A stretch of 64,000 nt of DNA, taken from assembly GCA_963522835.1 (NCBI GenBank), contig CAUQZB010000007.1, forward strand, positions 23,926-87,925, read 5' to 3'. Positions 56,934 through 64,000 of this stretch are shown piece by piece. The notes under the pieces were generated by a model that was given only the letters and a program-made list of their open reading frames with translations, was not told the DNA's origin and did not search any database. The first letter of the stretch is position 1. Every line of letters begins with the position of its first letter. A program made the translations under genes and the position numbers. Source of the stretch: an uncultured Candidatus Saccharibacteria bacterium. GTDB lineage: Bacteria; Patescibacteriota; Saccharimonadia; Saccharimonadales; Saccharimonadaceae.

Positions 56934-57671
56934 TTAGTTGCCTGTCTGCGCCTTCTCTACCAGCTTCTTGCCGCCACGCTCAAACCAGCGTGTATAGGTG
57001 GGGCTACTGCCACTTACCCGCTCGCGCCACAGGTTCATGGCATCGCGACTGTAACTGAGAGTCTCGATCGCCTCCAGCCCACGGCCACGGTATAAGTTGC
57101 CCGCTGCACCCGGGCCACCATTGTAGCCAGCAGCAACGAGCTCAACGCACTCATTTTCGGATAGATTGCCGAGTGGCACACATAGCTGGTCACGCAGATG
57201 TGCCAGGTAGGCCGCACCAAAGGCGATGCTCGTTTCAGGATCAAATAAATCATAGTTCGTGCGCGCCGGCTTCACGAATTTAGCCGCAATCTCCTTGCCC
57301 GTGCTATCCGTCACCTGCATCAAACCACTGGCCACACCACTGTGCGCCTTGGGGTAACCGCCGGATTCCAGCGTCATGATAATCGCCACCAGCTGCGGCG
57401 AAATATTATACTGCCGGGCCTGCTTGGTAATCTCGCCCTGCCAACGCTTAACGGTATCTGGCATCCAGGCAGGTAAAGTGTTGTCTTGGCTCGTGAGCGC
57501 TGCATTTGCAGTGTCCTGCGGTGTTTTGATAAACTTCGCCAGCATGCCACGCTGCCACGCAAGGCACACACCACCCACCAGCACAAGCACTAGCGCCGCA
57601 CTCATCAGCCCCCAGCGGTTACTCTGCGCCCAGCGCGTTAGCTTCTTTGTCCATTTCTTCGATTTTGCCAT
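56934..57671 (-). CDS. membrane-anchored lytic transglycosylase (SLT domain)
   Basis: N-terminal TM. IMTLESGGYPKAHSGVASGLMQV and AAGYNGGPG match the SLT catalytic Glu-Ser, GLMQ and AYNxG motifs. Confidence 0.8.
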   Translation of the reverse strand: MAKSKKWTKKLTRWAQSNRWGLMSAALVLVLVGGVCLAWQRGMLAKFIKTPQDTANAALTSQDNTLPAWMPDTVKRWQGEITKQARQYNISPQLVAIIMTLESGGYPKAHSGVASGLMQVTDSTGKEIAAKFVKPARTNYDLFDPETSIAFGAAYLAHLRDQLCVPLGNLSENECVELVAAGYNGGPGAAGNLYRGRGLEAIETLSYSRDAMNLWRERVSGSSPTYTRWFERGGKKLVEKAQTGN

Positions 57672-57929
57672 TGTTTTAGTATAGCAAATAAACGCGCGTT
57701 ATCTCGCCTTTTGGCATGACACGCCCCGCCTCTTCCTTTCAAACCTCTGCAATTATCCGTATGCCCAAAAATACTATAAGAGTGAATCTAGAATAATATC
57801 AGCCTGCTACATCAGACTTGAGAATATGATAGTCCTGGCAGCAGAACATTGTACTCCACTCGAATATAATAGCAAATAGAGAAGCTAACAAATAAAGTGC
57901 AGAGGTCTTACTCCTTAAGTTCCTTTTGG

Positions 57930-57958
57930 TTGACAACTCCCTCTTCCTCCACTATGGT
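57930..57958 (+). promoter_or_regulatory. promoter TTGACA-17 nt-TATGGT
   Basis: TTGACA at 57930-57935 and TATGGT at 57953-57958. ATG 57966 lies 7 nt downstream, consistent with a leaderless mRNA. Confidence 0.5.
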
Positions 57959-57965
57959 ATGTACT

Positions 57966-59576
57966 ATGACAAATCCTCCAGATGATACCACTACTACCCA
58001 GCAACAAAGGCTACAGGCAAGTCAGCTCCCAATCGACCCAGTCAAGATAAAAGCAATGATCGACTACTACATTGTGGAGTATCGCGAGCAGTTACTCGAT
58101 AGAGATTTGCTCGAGCAGGCGATCGCGAAGGACGAAATACTCTGGGATGTTGATATATGGGGAATAATCTCTAATCTCACCACCGCTCTACATCAGTCCA
58201 ATTGTGACCCCTACTTCGATAGTGATTGCGATGAGCAGACTATTCTCGAGTGTAGACGCTTCACCACCGATCTCCTACGCGACCTGCAAAAGGTCAGCCA
58301 AGACATCCCTGGTCTTGCTGCGAAGCTTCCCGAGATTAAGCAGCATGTCTGGGAGCTTCTTGACGTCATCTTGCCAGATTCGCAGCCGACACAAGCAATG
58401 CGGTCAAGCACTCTTGAACTCCAGCGCGATGAGTCTGGCACTGTCTCGCTCCAAACAATCCCTGCCGATCTTGAGCCACATGAGCTCTTTCATCAGCGAT
58501 ATCGTGAGTATATCAAAATGGGTGATATACCAGATGGAATAGCCCGATTGCAGGAGCTACGCGAATCGCTCGATGCTCGTATTGCTGCCGCCAGAGATAT
58601 GCAGCGCGATGATATCGATTGGCCTTTTTATCACCTTCTCGGCGATGCCGATACCCTCCACTTGCGCACTCAAGATGCTCATGATTTTACTCGCATTTGC
58701 ACGATTGCGAGCCTTTGCCAAGAAATGGCCTATCGGCACTTTAGATATAACCCTGCGACAACAACACCCTCGCAAGATCGAGAAGTCAGTCAATATATTT
58801 CATCAGCTCAGCAAGAACTGGGCACGATCATCGAGCTCCTTCTCAAATTCGATGATGATGGCGTAGCGAAGGCGCAGCAACTCGAACGGTATGTCATCAG
58901 CCCCTACATCAAGGCAGAAATCGATGCCGAGTACGTCATACATGGCAAAGATTCAGACGGCACACGCCAAGCTCGCGCTATCGCCTATGTCATTGTACCC
59001 GAAGATGAAGAGTATGTGCTCCATCCTATTGTTAATTCCTTGAACGACCAGCGCTTTATCTTCGACCAGCGGATTCGTGATGCCTACATTGCCATCATCA
59101 CCAAGCATCCATCAGAGCGATCTTCTTCACAGTTATTTGACGACTACTATCTTGTAAAGCTCTGTGCCAAGCATGGCGAGCAAGCGGTCGCTCGGAAGGC
59201 CGCTTGGGACATGGTGAACTATTATTTCTATCAAACAGATGAGATAGAGAAGATCCATTTCTATGTGCTTTTGCTCAAAGACGAGCTAGGAGAAGGTGAG
59301 AAAGTCAAGCAGTGGGTCACGCAACAGCTGCGAGACAACCCAAGCGCCGAACTCGCTACGCTTTATTTTGAATGTATTGGTTATGATCATGACGTATTTC
59401 GCTTTTTGCAAGAGGCCACCGCACGTGAAGCAGACTCACCGATGAAGGCACTGGCCCAACAAGTTGAGAATCTTAATACGCTCGAAAGTGCTGTCAGCGA
59501 CTGTCTTTACGATTTCGTCGAGAAGCAAGAAGCCGCTGAAGAGCAGCAGCATCTCCACGCAGAATCAGCACAATAG
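57966..59576 (+). CDS. hypothetical acidic, predicted all-helical cytoplasmic protein
   Basis: Long intact ORF. I chose the start ATG 57966 (MTNPPDD...) from the promoter position. No family recognised. Confidence 0.55.
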   Translation: MTNPPDDTTTTQQQRLQASQLPIDPVKIKAMIDYYIVEYREQLLDRDLLEQAIAKDEILWDVDIWGIISNLTTALHQSNCDPYFDSDCDEQTILECRRFTTDLLRDLQKVSQDIPGLAAKLPEIKQHVWELLDVILPDSQPTQAMRSSTLELQRDESGTVSLQTIPADLEPHELFHQRYREYIKMGDIPDGIARLQELRESLDARIAAARDMQRDDIDWPFYHLLGDADTLHLRTQDAHDFTRICTIASLCQEMAYRHFRYNPATTTPSQDREVSQYISSAQQELGTIIELLLKFDDDGVAKAQQLERYVISPYIKAEIDAEYVIHGKDSDGTRQARAIAYVIVPEDEEYVLHPIVNSLNDQRFIFDQRIRDAYIAIITKHPSERSSSQLFDDYYLVKLCAKHGEQAVARKAAWDMVNYYFYQTDEIEKIHFYVLLLKDELGEGEKVKQWVTQQLRDNPSAELATLYFECIGYDHDVFRFLQEATAREADSPMKALAQQVENLNTLESAVSDCLYDFVEKQEAAEEQQHLHAESAQ

Positions 59577-59584
59577 CCGCTTCA

Positions 59585-60199
59585 CTACACCGCGCGCCGC
59601 CCCTCGAGCGCGTGGCCGAGGGTGATTTGGTCGGCATATTCAAGGTCAACACCAACAGGGATGCCTCGGGCCAAGCGCGTCATCCGCACCGTTAGGCCTG
59701 CCTCGGCAATGTGCCGCTGCAAAAAGAGCGCGGTCGACTCGCCCTCCACGCTCGCATTGGTGGCAATGATCACCTCTTCTACTACGTCATCAGCAATGCG
59801 CCTCAGCAGCTCGGGGATGTGCAGCTGCTCTGGCCCCACCCCATCGATCGGTGAGATAACGCCACCCAGCACGTGGTACGTCCCCTTATAGTGGCCAGTA
59901 CGCTCCAGCGCCACGATATCGAGCGGCTCCTCCACCACAGCAATCTGCTTGCGATCGCGCTCTGGGCTACTATAGAGTGGCGAAACGTCTTGGTCAGGAT
60001 CCATCAGAGCAAAAGTGACGGGGCAGGTTGCAACAGCAGTGTGAAGCTGTGTAATCGCCTGGGCAATCCCCTGGCTCGTCCGCCCATCGGCTCGCAGCAA
60101 AAAATACGCATAGCGCTCCGCCGTGCGCGCGCCCACTCCTGGCAGACGCCCCAGCTCATCTATCGCCCGTTGCAAGGCCTGAGGCAGAATATCTGCCAT
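59585..60199 (-). CDS. recR: recombination protein RecR (zinc-finger cysteines not conserved)
   Basis: LPGVGARTAERYAYFLL (HhH) and Toprim region VVEEPLDIVALERTGHYKGTYHVLGGVISPIDG...IIATNASVEGESTA. Only one Cys remains where the C4 finger normally sits. Lies downstream of ybaB, as in most bacteria. Confidence 0.9.
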   Translation of the reverse strand: MADILPQALQRAIDELGRLPGVGARTAERYAYFLLRADGRTSQGIAQAITQLHTAVATCPVTFALMDPDQDVSPLYSSPERDRKQIAVVEEPLDIVALERTGHYKGTYHVLGGVISPIDGVGPEQLHIPELLRRIADDVVEEVIIATNASVEGESTALFLQRHIAEAGLTVRMTRLARGIPVGVDLEYADQITLGHALEGRRAV

Positions 60200-60204
60200 A
60201 CTAG

Positions 60205-60528
60205 CTAGAACCCGAAGTTGCCAAGCTCACCCATCAGTGACTGTAGCTCTCTCTCCAGTGGCTGCGTCTTCTTGGCAGTGATTTCTTTTGCTTTAGCCAA
60301 ACCGTCGCGAATTGCAATCTCAATCCAGTGCTCTAGCTGATGGATGTTATCCAGGTCTACCTTAGTTGGGTCGATCTTTACATCCTTGATTTTCATATCA
60401 GCTGTAATCTGCACAATCACTGCACCATCACCAGCCTCAACCTCTATAATCTCCTTCGCTAGTGATTTCTGTATTTTCTGCGCCTTGATCGCGCTATTAA
60501 CCAATTTCATTTTGTTGCCCATTGCCAT
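60205..60528 (-). CDS. ybaB: YbaB/EbfC nucleoid-associated protein
   Basis: 107 aa. The layout KIQKSLAKEIIEVEAGDGAVIVQITADMKIKDVKIDPTKVD is typical of YbaB, and the ybaB-recR pairing is conserved. Confidence 0.88.
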   Translation of the reverse strand: MAMGNKMKLVNSAIKAQKIQKSLAKEIIEVEAGDGAVIVQITADMKIKDVKIDPTKVDLDNIHQLEHWIEIAIRDGLAKAKEITAKKTQPLERELQSLMGELGNFGF

Positions 60529-60834
60529 ACTTCTTCATTTCCTCCGTTTCTTGGCTGTCGTACTCGATTTATTATACATGATTTGGCGGATAGCTGGAAG
60601 GGATACTCGATCGCTCAGCGCCTCTCATCCTCATTATTGGGGGATTACCACCAAATGAGAAGTCATCAACCACCACGCACGCTTCGAGCGTGATGAGGAT
60701 GACACGCCTCACAGCCCAACACACATGATTCGACTATATCCAGAGCAACAAGCACACCATGATATCCGTCTCGAATCGGTTACTCGTCCAGACACTGCAC
60801 ACAACACAACTCAGTATGCACACAAGCCAAGCTT

Positions 60835-61803
60835 CTACGACATAATACCCTGCTCTACCAGCCAACGGTAGTTCCAGCCATCGTTCGATTCGGTTTTATA
60901 GCTCCAGAAAAAGTGGGCATCGGCGCTGGCAAAAGCTGTTTGCTGCGCCAGTATGTAGGCGGTGATGGTCGGCGGAGTCATAGCAATAGCAAGCGGCAAA
61001 ATCGCGCTCCACTCACCAATGATGGTTGGGCGCTGCAACGACTGGTGCATGTGGGTAAATTCATCCACAATACTCGCGTGCTGATCATAATCCACCAGCG
61101 CCAAGTTGGCCGCCCCAAAGCACTGGTAGTGGTGAATATCGAGCCAATCACGGGGCTGCGCCCGGCGCCACCGCGGCAGCTGGTAGGCGTCACTGATAAT
61201 AATGCGCGTTGTGGCCGGCACAATACGGCGCAACCGGCCAGTTGTGCGGCGCGACCACAGCCGCAGCAGCCAGTGCTGCAGCCAGTTTTTGGTGAAGGGC
61301 TCGTTCAGTAGCTCAATCCCCCAGAGCTGCGGGCTTGTACTATAGCGCTCGGCAAGCTGCCTGAGGATGCGGCGGGTTGCCCGGCGGTTTTTGGCCTGAT
61401 ACCACCCCGTCTGCGGCATGCGGTTGCCACTCCCACTGTGGTCGCCCAAGTTCTGCGCGCCAGGCGCCGCATGTAAATCAAGCAAGACACGCATATGGTA
61501 TTTTTGAGCCATTGCAAAGCACCAGTCCAGCTGCTTGGTAGCCTCGAGGTAACCATCCTGGCTTTCCAGTACCCAGTAACCAACCGGCACACGCAGCGCC
61601 TCGATACCGTGCGCATGCAGCCAGGCAAAGTCCGCTTCGGTCATAAATTCCTGCCGGTGCTTGGCAATGCGCTCCGGGCCATCTGGTTGCATCATCAGCT
61701 GATGCTCGTTGCTCGCATCGGTGTCCGCAAAGACCGATGGCGTCATCCAGCGCTCAAGCACCAGCCACCCACCTAAGTTAACACCACGTAATGGTTTATG
61801 CAT
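60835..61803 (-). CDS. glycoside hydrolase family 5 (beta-glucanase/glucosidase-like)
   Basis: GVNLGGWLVLERWMTPSVF, LRVPVGYW, ELLNEPF (acid/base NEP) and IIGEWS (nucleophile). I placed the start at ATG 61803 (MHKPLRG), which has TACAAT (61816-61811) 7 nt upstream. Confidence 0.8.
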   Translation of the reverse strand: MHKPLRGVNLGGWLVLERWMTPSVFADTDASNEHQLMMQPDGPERIAKHRQEFMTEADFAWLHAHGIEALRVPVGYWVLESQDGYLEATKQLDWCFAMAQKYHMRVLLDLHAAPGAQNLGDHSGSGNRMPQTGWYQAKNRRATRRILRQLAERYSTSPQLWGIELLNEPFTKNWLQHWLLRLWSRRTTGRLRRIVPATTRIIISDAYQLPRWRRAQPRDWLDIHHYQCFGAANLALVDYDQHASIVDEFTHMHQSLQRPTIIGEWSAILPLAIAMTPPTITAYILAQQTAFASADAHFFWSYKTESNDGWNYRWLVEQGIMS

Positions 61804-61848
61804 ATGCTTTATTGTAGCAAAGCATAGAGCTAAACTATAATTGCAAGT

Positions 61849-62427
61849 ATGTACACCCGCACCATCGTCATACCATCCTCCAGCAAGACTCAAACATTGC
61901 GCCTGGTTAAACCAAGCCCAGCTTATGCGCCAATTACCATCCAATGGATTCATCGGCCAGAGGTGACACAGTATTTGGGCGCGGATTTTTCGCAGATGAC
62001 TGAGGAAGATGAGGTGGCGCATCTCCAAAATATGCTTGACGATGACGATCGGTATAGCTGGATGATTGAGCGTGATGGCGAAATCGTTGGCAATATTGAA
62101 ATCAACGATATAAGAAAACTTAGCCACAAATACGGCGTCACAGCTGGGGCATTTTGTACACTGATTGGCGATCCGAAAAACTGGGGTCAAGGCCTTGGGA
62201 GTTCTGCCAAGCAAGCAGCTTGCAATTGGGCGTTTTCTGAAGGTGGTTTTGCAATGATTGAGGCAAAGGCCTACGTGCAAAATATCCGCAGCTGGAATGC
62301 GCTGGAAGAGCTTGGCTACCGGTACACAGGGATTGAGCAAGGTGAAGTTGCAGGTGAGGCAGTGAAATGGAGGGTGTATACACTGGCGAGGGCTGATTGG
62401 CGGCAACTGGATTGGGCTAAGCAATAA
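61849..62427 (+). CDS. GNAT-family N-acetyltransferase (RimJ/RimL-like)
   Basis: Acetyl-CoA motif region LIGDPKNWGQGLGSSAKQAACNWAF. TATAAT at 61836-61841 lies 7 nt upstream of the ATG. Confidence 0.85.
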   Translation: MYTRTIVIPSSSKTQTLRLVKPSPAYAPITIQWIHRPEVTQYLGADFSQMTEEDEVAHLQNMLDDDDRYSWMIERDGEIVGNIEINDIRKLSHKYGVTAGAFCTLIGDPKNWGQGLGSSAKQAACNWAFSEGGFAMIEAKAYVQNIRSWNALEELGYRYTGIEQGEVAGEAVKWRVYTLARADWRQLDWAKQ

Positions 62428-62466
62428 ATAACAAAATGGCTCCAACGAGCCATTATAATAAATCCG

Positions 62467-62541
62467 TGGTGACCTCACCGGGAATCGAACCCGGGTTGCT
62501 GGGATGAGAACCCAGTGTCCTAACCGCTAGACGATGAGGCC
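62467..62541 (-). tRNA. tRNA-Glu (anticodon CUC)
   Basis: The reverse complement folds as acceptor GGCCTCA/TGAGGTC, D-arm GTCT-AGCGGTTA-GGAC, anticodon stem CTGGG/CCCAG with loop TTCTCAT, T-arm CCGGG-TTCGATT-CCCGG, and an encoded CCA. Length 75 nt. Confidence 0.92.
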
Positions 62542-62600
62542 GCTTAGTCACTATAGCAAAAAAATCGACACTTGTCTAGCGATAATGTTGTAAAAAAGGC

Positions 62601-62629
62601 TTGACATACCCTAGGCGTGATGCTACACT
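62601..62629 (+). promoter_or_regulatory. near-consensus promoter TTGACA-17 nt-TACACT
   Basis: TTGACA at 62601-62606 and TACACT at 62624-62629, preceded by an A-tract (AAAAAAGG). No annotated + strand gene lies downstream. Confidence 0.55.
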
Positions 62630-62635
62630 GATCGT

Positions 62636-62873
62636 GTCATGCACTTGCATGGTGGAGACAACTAACACAAACAGCACTCGATACAGCCATCGCAAGCCAC
62701 GAGATGCAGGAGAACCCATACTGCATTTGTCTGGTTTGTTCACGCTATAACTGTGCAAATTCACACTTGGCACCCGTGCGAGAGGTGCCAAGCAAAGGAG
62801 GACTCCTTGGGTATCTTACCCAGCCCAGGAGATGTGCGATTTTCACTTCCCACGCGGGGAGTGATTTTCGTTT
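62636..62873 (+). ncRNA. candidate ~240-nt small RNA, convergent with and overlapping the 3' end of the histidine kinase gene
   Basis: The promoter at 62601-62629 and the intrinsic terminator at 62843-62873 bracket a region with several hairpins (GGCACC..GGTGCC, CCAAG..CTTGG, GGGTA..TACCC). The only long ORF (62704..62898) runs through the terminator. The family is not recognised. Confidence 0.35.
62843..62873 (+). terminator. rho-independent terminator (+ strand)
   Basis: TCACTTCCC (62843-62851) pairs with GGGGAGTGA (62856-62864) with one G-U pair and loop ACGC, followed by TTTTCGTTT. No T-run exists on the opposite strand. Confidence 0.55.
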
Positions 62874-64000
62874 GGTGAAATATTCTGGTGCGGCGTGAGG
62901 CGATCGATCGGCAAGCGGAAGCCAAAGGTGCTACCCTGCCCCTCTCGCGAATGAAAGATCAGCTCGCCATGGTGCCCCAGCACGATCTTCTTTGCCAAGA
63001 ATAGCCCAATCCCCGTGCCATCGGGCCGCTGCAGCTGGGCATTGTGCGCCCGGAAGAATTTCGTAAAGATCTTGCGCTGCTCACCCTGCGGCACTCCAAT
63101 GCCATGATCTTGCACGGTACACACCACCCAGCCATCCTTGCGGTAGAGTCGTACTGTAATAACATCAGCGCCAGGTGAGTAGTAAATAGCATTATCGATA
63201 TAATTAACGATGACTTGCCGAAGCTTATTTTCATCGATTAACAGAGGTGGGATAACTCCATGCGATCGATAATCCACTCGCAAATGGTGGCGCTCGGCAA
63301 TGAGCTGAATAGACTCGATACTCTCCGCCACCAGCGCGGCAACATCACCTGGATGGAAGTCGATTGTGAAGTTGCCAGTGCGGATGCGCGACACATTAAG
63401 GAAGTTGCCAATCAGCTGCACCATTCGCTCACTACTCGTAAAAGCCTCGGTAAGGAAGGTGCGCTGCGTGGCATTAATCTCACCAGCATCGCCCTCCAGC
63501 ACCATCGAGATATAGCCCTTTACACTAGTGAGCGGCGTACGCAGCTGGTGACTCGCCATACTAACAAACTCATCCTTCGCGGCATCGAGCTCGCGCAGGC
63601 GGCGGTTAGAGGCGCGCAGTTGGCGCGTTGCATGGTCTACCGCTTGGGTGAGCTGCTGCTGGAACTGCTGCGTGGTATTGTGGCACTGTTGCGCCATCAG
63701 CGTCACTGCGCATTGCTGGGCTATCATTGCAAGAGCGGCTCGCTGCGCAGTAGTATACGTGGCTCGCTCAGCTGGCGGGCCTAGCACGATATATCCACAG
63801 TGATTACCCTGCCACACCAGCCGCAGCACTACAGCAATGTTGTAGCGGCGGAGTGCGTGGCGCTTGGGTAGCATGGCGGTCATTGTGCGAGTCGTCGCTT
63901 CTTCACACAGTGGCAAGAGTGTATCAACAGAAGTAGCGCATTCATCTGGCAAGTCAATTAGCGGCGGTACTCCATCCACCGTCACCATCACCCCGCACCA
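62843..64000 (-). CDS. sensor histidine kinase, C-terminal part (the gene continues past the right edge)
   Basis: H-box FVSMASHQLRTPLTSVKGY, N-box VNYIDNAIYYS and G-boxes DHGIGVP / GTGIGLFLAKKIV. The frame stays open upstream of the ORF-track start up to position 64000. Confidence 0.85.
   Translation of the reverse strand, partial: WCGVMVTVDGVPPLIDLPDECATSVDTLLPLCEEATTRTMTAMLPKRHALRRYNIAVVLRLVWQGNHCGYIVLGPPAERATYTTAQRAALAMIAQQCAVTLMAQQCHNTTQQFQQQLTQAVDHATRQLRASNRRLRELDAAKDEFVSMASHQLRTPLTSVKGYISMVLEGDAGEINATQRTFLTEAFTSSERMVQLIGNFLNVSRIRTGNFTIDFHPGDVAALVAESIESIQLIAERHHLRVDYRSHGVIPPLLIDENKLRQVIVNYIDNAIYYSPGADVITVRLYRKDGWVVCTVQDHGIGVPQGEQRKIFTKFFRAHNAQLQRPDGTGIGLFLAKKIVLGHHGELIFHSREGQGSTFGFRLPIDRLTPHQNISPNENHSPRGK

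Noticed and set aside
61804-62478. The N-terminal 225 codons of ORF 60835..62478.
   Set aside because: The extension runs antisense through the GNAT gene and tRNA-Glu and is Cys/Pro/Leu-rich. The GH5 similarity begins only at MHKPLRGVNLGGW (ATG 61803), which has its own -10 box.
44659-62541. A genomic island or integrated element bounded by the two tRNA genes.
   Set aside because: There is no integrase, recombinase, transposase or phage gene. I noticed no direct repeat of a tRNA 3' end. The interval is mostly housekeeping genes (cysS, recR, ybaB, nrnA).

Overview
This is a 64-kb, gene-dense bacterial chromosome segment, transcribed mostly from the minus strand, with a monoderm-type envelope toolkit. 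Recognised core genes are tatD, metG, a pgeF/yfiH-like gene, rsmA, two DUF348/G5 wall hydrolases (YabE-like and RpfB-like), murE, pcrA, pyk, htrA, an LCP ligase, lepB and parB-parA. Also present are a VirD4/TraG-like ATPase, a P-type ATPase, an AI-2E permease, cysS, a DHH phosphoesterase, an SLT transglycosylase, recR, ybaB, a GH5 glycosidase, a GNAT and a partial histidine kinase. Two tRNA genes are present, tRNA-Gln(CUG) and tRNA-Glu(CUC). The stretch 20.9-30.9 kb is visibly AT-richer. It holds an orphan coiled-coil/2TM gene, vanZ and a complete Wzx/Wzy-type polysaccharide locus with a pyruvyl transferase. The gene content fits a reduced-genome monoderm, for example a Saccharibacteria/Patescibacteria-like organism, but that is inference only. 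I saw no CRISPR array, integrase, transposase or rRNA. The most unusual observations are these. (1) A roughly 264-nt tract with a single G on the + strand lies in an oversized intergenic gap upstream of rsmA, next to a 26-bp perfect palindrome. (2) Two promoter-plus-terminator units without credible ORFs are candidate sRNAs. (3) A well-signalled small gene is interrupted by one in-frame TGA. (4) A paralogous WP..GW..AWG domain family and a cluster of small acidic proteins are present. (5) An AdoMetDC homologue lacks the pyruvoyl-precursor serine. (6) Many genes have a -10 box 6-9 nt from the ATG, which suggests leaderless mRNAs. All calls come from reading the sequence and ORF track by eye. 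No searches or computations were run.
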